Positions 19,398 to 27,724 of a DNA stretch of 64,000 nt are shown one piece after another. The translations under genes and the position numbers were made by a program. Position 1 is the first letter of the stretch. Each line of letters opens with the position of its first letter. Location: positions 68,339-132,338 of the forward strand of contig CANQRB010000002.1 in NCBI GenBank assembly GCA_947626145.1. Direction: 5' to 3'. The stretch is from an uncultured Clostridia bacterium. Its GTDB lineage: Bacteria > Bacillota > Clostridia > UMGS1883. The notes under the pieces are model-generated. The model ran no database searches. It had not been told where the DNA came from and saw only the letters and a program-made list of their open reading frames with translations.

Positions 19398-20465
19398 ATG
19401 AGCAAGATTAAAAAATGTCTCGCCGTACTGGTGTGCATGGCAATGGTTCTTGTGCCGGGAGCGGCTTTTGCGGGTGAGATGAAATGGAAGACGGATGCTT
19501 ATACCGAAGATGGCCTTGGGTACTGTAGACTTAAAAACGGCGGTATTTGCATTACGGATTATAACGGCGACAATGGCAAAGTTTTCGTTCCCGCAGAGAT
19601 TGAGGGTCTGCCTGTGACGGCTATCGGAGATTGTGCGTTTGAGCACGACTATATTACCAGTATCACGTTGCCTGCCAGTGTGACGGAGCTTAACGAATGG
19701 CCTTTTGAAGATTGTTGGAATCTTGAGGAAATAATCATTGAACCTGATAATAAGAATGATAATAAAAATATTGTAAGTATGGATGGGGTATTATTTGAAG
19801 AGTTGGATGATAGGTGGCTTTTATTTCAATACCCCCAAGGGAATACACGGACAAGCTATGTTGTCCCATATGGAGTGAAAAGCATTCACGAAATGAGATC
19901 TCTCAAGCTCACCAGCGTTACAATTCCAAACAGTATTGAGAGTTTCGGGATTGTGTATTGCCCTAATCTCACTGATGTGTACTATACAGGAAGTGAAGAG
20001 GAGTGGGCTAATATCACCTGTTACTTTGGCGACATTATAGATCCGTCGTATATGACCACCACAATTCATTACAACTCCCCAATGCCGGAAACAACACCTC
20101 TTGTATCGGACAGCGTACCGGAAATAAATGTTACGGTCAACGGCAGTAAAATAGATTTTGACGTGCCGCCAAAGGCCATCGACGGCACTACCATGCTGCC
20201 CGTCAGGCTCGCGTTGGAGCCTCTTGGCGCAGAGTTTGTGTGGGACGGCGAAAACAACACCGTAACAATCACCGCAAAGGGCAAGACAATAGTCCTCACC
20301 ATCGGCAGCGCCACGGCCCTCGTTGACGGCATTGAAAAGCTCATGGCCCAGCCGGCCATGGCGACGGACGGCCGCACGCTCATACCTATCCGCTTCGTTT
20401 CGGAGGAGCTTGGCTATAATGTAGATTGGGACGGCGAAACAAGCACGGTTATAATTGAGGGATAA
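19398..20465 (+). CDS. secreted leucine-rich-repeat (BspA-like) protein with a C-terminal copper amine oxidase N-terminal (stalk) domain
   Basis: Signal peptide. AT-rich LRR segment (ITSITLPASVTELNEWPFEDCWNLEEIII). C-terminus DGTTMLPVRLALEPLGAEFVWDG...DGRTLIPIRFVSEELGYNVDWDG is a typical Cu-amine-oxidase N-terminal domain repeat. Confidence 0.75.
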   Translation: MSKIKKCLAVLVCMAMVLVPGAAFAGEMKWKTDAYTEDGLGYCRLKNGGICITDYNGDNGKVFVPAEIEGLPVTAIGDCAFEHDYITSITLPASVTELNEWPFEDCWNLEEIIIEPDNKNDNKNIVSMDGVLFEELDDRWLLFQYPQGNTRTSYVVPYGVKSIHEMRSLKLTSVTIPNSIESFGIVYCPNLTDVYYTGSEEEWANITCYFGDIIDPSYMTTTIHYNSPMPETTPLVSDSVPEINVTVNGSKIDFDVPPKAIDGTTMLPVRLALEPLGAEFVWDGENNTVTITAKGKTIVLTIGSATALVDGIEKLMAQPAMATDGRTLIPIRFVSEELGYNVDWDGETSTVIIEG

Positions 20466-20520
20466 TTTAAGCGGCTTCGGTGACATCTGTCACAGCGGAG
20501 AAGAATAACCAAACACAAAC

Positions 20521-20552
20521 AAAAAGGCCGGCCCGAGGGTCAGCCTTTTTAT
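20521..20552. terminator. bidirectional terminator between convergent genes
   Basis: A-run, then a ggccggccc/gggtcagcc imperfect stem, then a T-run. Confidence 0.55.
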
Positions 20553-20611
20553 TATTTGTGTTGTGTTATCAACAGAATAACCGGTCTTTCAATCCGGATT
20601 ATGGACGTTCT

Positions 20612-21547
20612 TTAAAAAGATACCTTTTCGGCGCTGATAATTTCGCCTTTTTCCATATCTATTTTTAAATCATAAGTCACATAGTCATCTCCGTCGCCTT
20701 CACCGGACGCTACGCACCGTATCGAGAAAACCGACCCGTCCAGTGACGGCGCGACTGAGGAGGGTAAGCTTCTGCCCCGCTCGGCATCCAGATCGAGTAT
20801 ATTCAAGGAGTACAGCTCGTCCATAAGGTCTATGCTTTTTTCTTCCTGACCGCGCTTGCCCCAGATAAAATCCGTCTGTCCGTTAAAGGTGTTGGCGTGA
20901 TAGCCGACATAACACTCGTCGTTGTATATATAATATGTCTGCCAGGCACGGGAGGACGACCATATATAGTTTTCGTTCCACACCGGTCTGAAAGCGTCGC
21001 GGCTGTCGATAACAAGACCGCTGTCGTTGTCGAATGAGTAATCCCAGCCGAAGCTTTCGTGCGCAAACTTCCATGTGAGAGGGAAATACGTTATGTCGCG
21101 GAAATTGAGTATGGGATATTCCTCGGCATTGTTGTCGAGGAAACGGGCCACTCTTATCTCGTTGACGGCAATATCGTAATCCGCTATCAACGCCGTGTAG
21201 CTCGGCTTGTTGTTGGGACTGTCGGAGACGTCGGGCACAAGGGTGTCCGTCCGCGTACCGCTGTTGCCGATGAAAAATGTCATGTTCTGAGCCTCAATCA
21301 GGGGTGTCCTGTCGCCAAATTTTGTTTTCAGACCCATAAATTGAGTGAGATTGTATGTCATGGGAATATACGTTATACCGTCATACACGATAAGGGGATA
21401 TTCGCTGTTGACATTGTCGATTTTTTCTCCGTTTAAGGTTATGTCAAAATTGGGTATTGTCACCGTCACCTCTTCCGCAGCGTAAGACGTCACGGAAAAC
21501 ATCATACATATTACTGCGAGTGAGAGAAATGCCATTAATTTTTTCAT
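20612..21547 (-). CDS. secreted protein, paralogue A (shared leader module; N-terminal region resembles the Cu-amine-oxidase N-terminal stalk fold)
   Basis: Signal peptide MKKLMAFLSLAVICMMFSVTSYA is identical to the paralogue at 21693-22706. The body has no recognisable catalytic motif. Confidence 0.65.
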   Translation of the reverse strand: MKKLMAFLSLAVICMMFSVTSYAAEEVTVTIPNFDITLNGEKIDNVNSEYPLIVYDGITYIPMTYNLTQFMGLKTKFGDRTPLIEAQNMTFFIGNSGTRTDTLVPDVSDSPNNKPSYTALIADYDIAVNEIRVARFLDNNAEEYPILNFRDITYFPLTWKFAHESFGWDYSFDNDSGLVIDSRDAFRPVWNENYIWSSSRAWQTYYIYNDECYVGYHANTFNGQTDFIWGKRGQEEKSIDLMDELYSLNILDLDAERGRSLPSSVAPSLDGSVFSIRCVASGEGDGDDYVTYDLKIDMEKGEIISAEKVSF

Positions 21548-21690
21548 GTAAAAAATCCTTTCTGTTAAAACTTTCAGTCAGAGGTCGGTCAACAGCTCCG
21601 ATTTGTTGAAGCTGTTGGGTTGATTTAAAAGAACAGCGTTGAATGATATGTGCAAGGCGGGCGCGCCGATTATTCCGCCCGGTTTAGGAA
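21477..21690 (-). repeat. 5' promoter-leader module, copy A (duplicated at 22627-22840)
   Basis: ~84 nt are 100% identical and ~115 nt ~85% identical between the two copies. The module covers the first ~25 codons plus ~140 bp upstream. Confidence 0.8.
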
Positions 21691-21692
21691 TC

Positions 21693-22706
21693 CTACTGTA
21701 TATTTGCGTATGTAATGTCCGGATTTTGATAGTACACGGCCTTGCCATCGGCGGAATATTCGCTCATGCAAAGGTGGGGGAGACAGTAGGCCCGACTCAG
21801 CATCCGATGTATGTCCTGCCATACAGCGATAGAGTCCGGAGCATCTCCGTCGTAAAGACCAAGCTCACGTCCGCAGGCAAGATAGCCCTCCGGCCAACCG
21901 CCGAGGCTTTCGGCGTATTCGCCGTAACCGAGGGAGCAGACGATCATTTTGAGCGCCACGGCGTTTGTGACAACGCCGTCAGGCAGGAACTTTCCCCCTC
22001 CGACGCCGTTTATGACCTTAAGCCCGATAAGCTGATCGACTGCGGCCTTAAAAGGAGCGTCCTCCGGCACATCTGAAAACGGGTACTCGCTAAAGCTTAT
22101 GCTCTGCACGGTCTCTCTTTCGGGAGGCAGCAAATTCCTTATAAGCACGGACATATCGGCCCGGCTGACCGTACTGTCGTCGGTGAGGGGCAGATTTGCG
22201 CTCAGGTCTTTTGTGCCGCCGGCAGAGGCCGTGGCTGTCAGATGCGGGAAGGACGTTTCGGCGGCGGGTTCAAGATACGCGCCGTATACGCCTCCGGTGA
22301 GTTGTGCAAAGTTTATCGCGGTGGATATGTATACGGAGTAGGTGTTTCCGCTCTTCAAACCGGTAAGCCTAAACTCCCCTGCGGATATGGGCCCCACCAT
22401 TTTTTGGGGGCAGCCGGGAATGTCATTTTCGGTGACATACTCCATTTCCGTCCAGTCATACAGGGAAACATAATACTCCATTTCATTTCCGCTGTCAGGT
22501 TGGAAGCGAACTATCAGCGCGTTTTCGTCATCGTCAAGTGTGATATCGCTGAAATTTATGGTCTTTGCCCAGTCCCTTACAGGGGTTGCATTTGGCTGGT
22601 CGCAAAATTCCCCCTCTATGGGGAGCTTAAGGGTCTCGGCGTAAGACGTCACGGAAAACATCATACATATTACTGCGAGTGAGAGAAATGCCATTAATTT
22701 TTTCAT
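21693..22706 (-). CDS. secreted protein, paralogue B, with a C-terminal SLH-like segment
   Basis: Identical signal peptide to paralogue A. FSDVPEDAPFKAAVDQLIGLKVINGVGGGKFLPDGVVTNAVALKMIV resembles an S-layer-homology domain. Confidence 0.65.
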   Translation of the reverse strand: MKKLMAFLSLAVICMMFSVTSYAETLKLPIEGEFCDQPNATPVRDWAKTINFSDITLDDDENALIVRFQPDSGNEMEYYVSLYDWTEMEYVTENDIPGCPQKMVGPISAGEFRLTGLKSGNTYSVYISTAINFAQLTGGVYGAYLEPAAETSFPHLTATASAGGTKDLSANLPLTDDSTVSRADMSVLIRNLLPPERETVQSISFSEYPFSDVPEDAPFKAAVDQLIGLKVINGVGGGKFLPDGVVTNAVALKMIVCSLGYGEYAESLGGWPEGYLACGRELGLYDGDAPDSIAVWQDIHRMLSRAYCLPHLCMSEYSADGKAVYYQNPDITYANIQ

Positions 22707-22840
22707 GTAAAAAATCCTTTCTGCTGAAACTTTTCGTCAGAAGCCGGTCAACAGCTCCGATTTGTTGAAGCTTTTGACCTTATTTAAAAGAACAGTGTTG
22801 AATGATATGTGCAAAGCGCGAGCGCCGATTATTTTACCGG
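22627..22840 (-). repeat. 5' promoter-leader module, copy B
   Basis: See copy A (direct alignment within the window). Confidence 0.8.
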
Positions 22841-23485
22841 ATACTCAAGGCTGACGGACCCGGTCTCGGCTATGTAGTCCACCTTGGCGCCCAGCTCCTC
22901 GGCCACTATACGCACGGGCACATAGAGCATATCGTTAATCATTCTTGCGCAGGGCGCCGTGGGAACGTAATAGCCCTCGTCCCTGTTCTTGCGCATACCC
23001 ACCAGATTAGGCAGTATTTCCAGCACGGTCCCGCCGTCAGTCACTGTGGCCACAAAGCTTTCCGCGTCCCAGTTCACGCTGTACCCCAGCTCTCGGAACA
23101 CGTCGACAGGCACCAGCGTCCGCCCGTTGTGGGCGAAGCACTTTCCCGACCATGCGCTGGCTGTTCCGTTGACCGTAAGGCCAAGCCTGAGGCCGTTAAG
23201 CTCAAAGTCGCCGTAAAGGCCCGCCTCGTCGTCATAATAAAGGGCCGGCTGTTCGTAGAATGTGCCGTCTCCCCGCTCCTCTATGCCGCTGGAGTAGAGG
23301 GAGCAGTCATACAGCCCGAAGGTCTTTTCAAGGTTGCCCTCGTCAAAGCTGTAACGGCGGCAAAACTCCTCGATCTTCGGCGCGATCTCCTCACGGACGT
23401 CATACTCTCTGGCCAAAGCCACGCCGGAGCCGAGAGTGAGGGCCGAGACCGTGAGGGCGGCTATCACCTTTTTGGTGCTTTTCAT
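22829..23485 (-). CDS. secreted copper amine oxidase N-terminal (stalk) domain protein
   Basis: Signal peptide. C-terminal NGRTLVPVDVFRELGYSVNWD...DMLYVPVRIVAEELGAKVDY tandem stalk-domain repeats. Confidence 0.7.
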   Translation of the reverse strand: MKSTKKVIAALTVSALTLGSGVALAREYDVREEIAPKIEEFCRRYSFDEGNLEKTFGLYDCSLYSSGIEERGDGTFYEQPALYYDDEAGLYGDFELNGLRLGLTVNGTASAWSGKCFAHNGRTLVPVDVFRELGYSVNWDAESFVATVTDGGTVLEILPNLVGMRKNRDEGYYVPTAPCARMINDMLYVPVRIVAEELGAKVDYIAETGSVSLEYPVK

Positions 23486-23533
23486 TTAAAATATCTCCTT
23501 TCTTTTTTGGGGCTTTTTATACCCCCCTTATTA

Positions 23534-24253
23534 TTAAAAACGTTTTAAATTCCAGAAATCGGACATGTTTTTAAAAATGGGTTCCATGCTTACGTTTGAG
23601 GCGATTTTTACCATTGTTTCCTTTGATATGCTGCCGGCCATATGAAAGAGATTGTTTTCGTCATGCCAAATGATGGCGTTGTGAGTGGTTTTTGAAATAA
23701 ACACGGCATCGTATCCGTTTATTTCAATTTCCTCAAGCTCGGCGTTTTCAGTATCCAAGGACGGTGTGCCCCTTCTGCCTATCAGGGAAATGTCAAACCA
23801 ATCATCGCCGTTGACGAAATTAAAATACTCTGTGTGCATATCGATGCTTATGCTGTAATCTGTGCACTTAAAGCCGTGAGGGATGAAATTTAATTTCATG
23901 TACTCATCTGTGTCTTCTTCGTCGAACTGATAGAAAAATTCAGTGTCAGGCGCGTTCTTGTCAAACACATAGCTGATGAATTTTTCCCTCAGCGCCTCAA
24001 CGCTCATGACGGTTCCGCCAAGGCCGACAAAGGCGATCAGCGTAATGCAGGCGGCGGCTCTCATTATTTTTAAGTGGAGGGGAAGGGGGCGTCTTTCTAT
24101 CATGCGCAGTATTTTGCGCCGGGCCTTCGGCGTCATTACCGGCGCGTCGGCCCGCGCCGCAGGTTCCGTACCCCCCCCCAGCTCATCGGCGGCCTCCCTT
24201 GCGGCCTGCGCGACAATAATGTCCATAATATTGCCGTTTTCCGCGTCAGTCAT
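23534..24253 (-). CDS. putative anti-sigma factor (single TM; C-terminal DUF4367-like domain)
   Basis: Overlaps the ECF sigma gene by 8 nt. One TM (ITLIAFVGLGGTVMSV) and an extracytoplasmic C-terminal domain. Confidence 0.6.
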   Translation of the reverse strand: MTDAENGNIMDIIVAQAAREAADELGGGTEPAARADAPVMTPKARRKILRMIERRPLPLHLKIMRAAACITLIAFVGLGGTVMSVEALREKFISYVFDKNAPDTEFFYQFDEEDTDEYMKLNFIPHGFKCTDYSISIDMHTEYFNFVNGDDWFDISLIGRRGTPSLDTENAELEEIEINGYDAVFISKTTHNAIIWHDENNLFHMAGSISKETMVKIASNVSMEPIFKNMSDFWNLKRF

Positions 24254-24809
24254 TTTTGTATTCCTCCAATCTTTTCATGATTTGTTTCTTTGCCCGAAAA
24301 TACCGCTTTTCCGCCGCGGACGGACTGATGCCGAGTATGCCGGCCGTCTCCTCGAGGCTGTGGCCGTATGCCGACCTCAGCAGGAACGCATCCTGATAAA
24401 TCGGCTTCAGCTCCTTGACGGCCTGTTTTATGTACTCTATCAGCTCACGGGTGAGCAGTATTTCCGACGGCCCGGGGCCCGGCTCGGGAAAGTCGGCCTC
24501 GCTGTCGTCGGCGGACTGCTCGTGGCTGTCCAGCCGTCCCCGGCTGCGCAGTATGTCTATGGCGGCGTTGCGGCCCGCTATCTCCAGATATTTTCTGGTG
24601 GAGTTTACGCTGCTTTCGTCTATTCTGTCGATATTGCCGATGACCCTGACAAAGGCCTCCTGACAGGCGTCCTCGGCAAGAAATCTGTCCTCCAGCAGGC
24701 CCAGCGCCACCCGGTAGACAAAGTCGCCGTAGTCCGTATAAAGCTTTTCGGCCTTGCGCCGCTGGGATTCGCTCAGGTCCGAGCGAGGCTTACGTATGCG
24801 CATCTTCAT
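24246..24809 (-). CDS. RNA polymerase sigma-70 family ECF sigma factor
   Basis: Region 2 (DACQEAFVRV) and a region 4 HTH (SLEETAGILGISPSAAEKRYFRAKK). Confidence 0.85.
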   Translation of the reverse strand: MKMRIRKPRSDLSESQRRKAEKLYTDYGDFVYRVALGLLEDRFLAEDACQEAFVRVIGNIDRIDESSVNSTRKYLEIAGRNAAIDILRSRGRLDSHEQSADDSEADFPEPGPGPSEILLTRELIEYIKQAVKELKPIYQDAFLLRSAYGHSLEETAGILGISPSAAEKRYFRAKKQIMKRLEEYKND

Positions 24810-24873
24810 TCTCCGTTCTTATGTCTTCAATATTAATAACGTTTTAAAATGACATATCCGGACAAATTTTTTA

Positions 24874-24906
24874 TAAAAAAGCGCCCGCATGAGCGGACGC
24901 TTTTGT
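24874..24906 (-). terminator. Rho-independent terminator after eda (minus strand)
   Basis: gcgtccgc-ucau-gcgggcgc stem followed by UUUUUUAU on the minus-strand transcript. Confidence 0.65.
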
Positions 24907-24918
24907 GATATGCGGAAT

Positions 24919-25563
24919 TTAGTTGCCCCGGGCTTCCTTTACCTTGCGGACAAATTCCTTTGCGGTGGCGGTGATTGCGCCATAGTCGCCGGTCTTGGCT
25001 CCGCCGGTGAGGGCTCCGCCAACGCCGATGGCGCAGGCTCCGGCCTTTATCCACTCGGCCACGTTGTTCACGTCTACGCCGCCGGTGGGCATGAGCTTGG
25101 CCTGGGGAACCGGGCCCTTTATGGCCTTCAAAATCTTGGGGCCGAAGGCCTCGCCGGGGAATACCTTTACCACGTCGGCTCCGGCTTCCATGGCGGCGAC
25201 AACTTCCTTGATTGTCATTGCGCCGGGCATGGCGGGCACGCGGTAGCGGTTGCACAGGCGGACGGTCTCGGGGTCAAAGTAGGGGCTTACAACGTACTGA
25301 GCGCCGCTGAGAATGGCAATTCTCGCGGTCTCGGAATCCATAACGGTTCCGGCGCCCAAAATCATGGAGCCGTCGGAGTATTCTTTGGCCAGCTCCTCGA
25401 TTACCTTGTGAGCAAAGGGAACGGTGAAAGTCAGCTCGATGGCGGGCACGCCGCCCTCCATGCAGGCGTCGGCGATGCGCTTGGCCTTTTCGCCGCTGTC
25501 GGCCCGAACCACGGCCACAACGCCCACGTCGGTTATTTTGGTGAGTACAAGTTCTTTATCCAT
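24919..25563 (-). CDS. eda: bifunctional 2-keto-3-deoxy-6-phosphogluconate / 4-hydroxy-2-oxoglutarate aldolase
   Basis: VVAVVR...GGVPAIELTF...GAGTV...KVFPG...KLMPTGGV conserved KDPG-aldolase motifs. Confidence 0.9.
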   Translation of the reverse strand: MDKELVLTKITDVGVVAVVRADSGEKAKRIADACMEGGVPAIELTFTVPFAHKVIEELAKEYSDGSMILGAGTVMDSETARIAILSGAQYVVSPYFDPETVRLCNRYRVPAMPGAMTIKEVVAAMEAGADVVKVFPGEAFGPKILKAIKGPVPQAKLMPTGGVDVNNVAEWIKAGACAIGVGGALTGGAKTGDYGAITATAKEFVRKVKEARGN

Positions 25564-25606
25564 TTTTGCAACACTCCTTTATTATTTTTACACCTTTTGG
25601 TGTATT

Positions 25607-27511
25607 TTACCTTGCTTTGGTCTCGATCTCCTCGAGTATCTTCGCGGTGAAGTCCTCGAGGGTCATGGCGCCCAGATCGCCGTCCTTGCGGGAGCGGACG
25701 CTGACAACGCCGTTCTCGATGTCCTTGTCGCCGGCGACAAGCATATAGGGCACCTTTTCAAGCTGGGCCTCCCGTATCTTGTAGCCGATTTTTTCGTTGC
25801 GCTCGTCGATTTCAACGCGGATGCCCTTTGCGTCGAGAGCGTCCTTGATTTTGTTCATATAGTCCATGTGACGGTCGGCTATGGGCAGCAGCTTTACCTG
25901 CACGGGATTAAGCCAAGTGGGGAAGGCTCCGGCAAAGTGCTCGGTGATAACGCCGATGAAACGCTCGATGCTGCCGAACATGGCCCGGTGTATCATGACC
26001 GGACGGGCCTTGGTGCCCTCGGGGGTGGTGTATTCCAGCTCGAAGCGCTCGGGCATCTGCATATCCAGCTGAATGGTGCCGCACTGCCAGGTACGGCCCA
26101 GCGAATCCGCCAGATGGAAGTCTATCTTGGGACCGTAGAAGGCTCCGTCGCCCTCGTTTATGGTAAATTCCTTGCCCATGTCGCCGACGGCCTTTTCAAG
26201 GGCCTCAGTGGCCATGTCCCAGGTCTCCTTTTCGCCGATGTGATCCTCGGGCATTGTGGAGATCTCGATGCTGTAGCTGAGGCCGAACACGGAGTAAACT
26301 TCGTCAAAGAGACGCACAACGTTCTGAATTTCGCTCTCTATCTGATCCCAGGTCATGAAGATGTGGGCGTCGTCCTGAGTGAAGCAGCGCACACGGAACA
26401 GGCCGTGGAGGGCGCCGGACAGCTCGTGCCTGTGAACAAGGCCCAGTTCCGCCATTCTCATGGGCAGCTCCCGATAGGAGTGGGGAGTCAGCTTGTATAC
26501 CAGCATACAGCCGGGGCAGTTCATGGGCTTTACGGCGTAGTCCTCATCGTCAATGACGGTGGTGTACATATTGTCCTTGTAGTGATCCCAGTGGCCGCTG
26601 CGGTGCCAAAGCTCCTGATTGAGGATTATGGGGGTGGTTATCTCCACATAGCCGTAGCGCTTGTGTACCTGGCGCCAGTAGTCCAGCAGGGTATTGCGCA
26701 GCACCATGCCCTTTGGCAGGAAGAAGGGGAAGCCCGGGCCCTCGTCCATCAGGGCGAAGAGACCCAGCTCCTTACCCAGCTTGCGGTGGTCGCGCTTCTT
26801 TGCCTCCTCCACGGCGGCGAGATAGGCCTCCAGCTCGCTTGCCTTGGGGAAGGCCGTGGCGTAAATTCTGGTGAGCATCTTGTTCTTCTCGCTGCCCCGC
26901 CAGTAAGCGCCGGCGGTGCCGGTGAGCTTAAAGGCCTTGACCGGGCCGGTGGACATCAGGTGAGGGCCTGCGCACAGGTCGGTAAAGTCACCCTGCTTAT
27001 AGAAGGATATGACGGCGTCCTCGGGCAGGTCGTTGATGAGCTCCACCTTGTAGGGCTCGTTCTTTTCTTCCATGAATTTTATGGCCTCTTCCCGGGGAAG
27101 CTCGAAGTATTCAAGGGGAAGGTTCTCCTTGACGATCTTCTTCATTTCCTCCTCGATTTTTGGCAGATCCTCCATTGTGAGGGCCCCGTCCGCGTCGAAG
27201 TCGTAGTAAAAGCCGTTGTCGATGGCCGGGCCGATGGCCAGCTTAATATTGGGATAGAGCCGCTTCACCGCCTGAGCCATAATGTGGCTGGCCGTGTGGC
27301 GGAAGGCGTGGCGGCCCTCGTCGGTATCAAAATTACAAAATTCAACAGTGCAGTCAGCGGTCAGGGGAGTTCGCAGGTCTGTCATTTTTCCGTCCACCAG
27401 CGCGCAGCAAGCGTTGCGGGCCAGACCCTCACTTATGGATTTCGCCGCATCTATGAGCGGAATGCCGGGCTCAAATTCCCTGATGTCGCCCTTAAGGCTG
27501 ATCTTGAGCAT
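25607..27511 (-). CDS. thrS: threonine--tRNA ligase
   Basis: Full-length ThrS: N-terminal TGS domain, class II catalytic core and a C-terminal anticodon-binding domain. Confidence 0.95.
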   Translation of the reverse strand: MLKISLKGDIREFEPGIPLIDAAKSISEGLARNACCALVDGKMTDLRTPLTADCTVEFCNFDTDEGRHAFRHTASHIMAQAVKRLYPNIKLAIGPAIDNGFYYDFDADGALTMEDLPKIEEEMKKIVKENLPLEYFELPREEAIKFMEEKNEPYKVELINDLPEDAVISFYKQGDFTDLCAGPHLMSTGPVKAFKLTGTAGAYWRGSEKNKMLTRIYATAFPKASELEAYLAAVEEAKKRDHRKLGKELGLFALMDEGPGFPFFLPKGMVLRNTLLDYWRQVHKRYGYVEITTPIILNQELWHRSGHWDHYKDNMYTTVIDDEDYAVKPMNCPGCMLVYKLTPHSYRELPMRMAELGLVHRHELSGALHGLFRVRCFTQDDAHIFMTWDQIESEIQNVVRLFDEVYSVFGLSYSIEISTMPEDHIGEKETWDMATEALEKAVGDMGKEFTINEGDGAFYGPKIDFHLADSLGRTWQCGTIQLDMQMPERFELEYTTPEGTKARPVMIHRAMFGSIERFIGVITEHFAGAFPTWLNPVQVKLLPIADRHMDYMNKIKDALDAKGIRVEIDERNEKIGYKIREAQLEKVPYMLVAGDKDIENGVVSVRSRKDGDLGAMTLEDFTAKILEEIETKAR

Positions 27512-27553
27512 TGAAATAACTTCCTTTCTTGTATAACGTATTCCTGTTAAATA

Positions 27554-27582
27554 ATTATAACATAACGGGAAAAGCTTGTCAA
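27554..27582 (-). promoter_or_regulatory. sigma-A type promoter of thrS
   Basis: Minus strand: TTGACA, 17-nt spacer, TATAAT, about 40 nt upstream of the thrS ATG. This leaves no room for a T-box leader. Confidence 0.55.
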
Positions 27583-27652
27583 TATTTTATTTTTCCGGAT
27601 AAATAAAAAATATGAAAAATGAAAAAATTGTGAACAAAAATCAAATTAGGTG

Positions 27653-27681
27653 TTGACAGGCTTTTGTCAATATTGTATAAT
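27653..27681 (+). promoter_or_regulatory. sigma-A type promoter of the GH43-GH51 gene
   Basis: Perfect TTGACA, 17-nt spacer, TATAAT, 43 nt upstream of the ATG; an AGGAGG RBS follows. Confidence 0.6.
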
Positions 27682-27724
27682 ATAAATTGGTATTACACTG
27701 TCGCCAAAAAAGGAGGTTTTTTAC

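Noticed and set aside
21639-23548. Plus-strand ORFs 21639-22076 and 22802-23548, which start inside the duplicated module
   Set aside because: They are created by the repeat (ttgaatgatatgtgcaa...) and are antisense to the secreted-protein genes. No RBS.
19400-24800. Mobile element or genomic island status of the AT-rich surface-protein cluster
   Set aside because: No integrase, transposase, tRNA attachment site or direct repeats flanking the region are visible in the window. Only the compositional hint remains.
25424-27514. 696-aa plus-strand ORF
   Set aside because: Antisense to thrS, which is unambiguous.
27512-27724. T-box riboswitch upstream of thrS
   Set aside because: The interval is too short and is occupied by two divergent sigma-A promoters. 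No T-box consensus (AATTAGGGTGGNACCGCG-like) was recognised by eye. Not excluded computationally.
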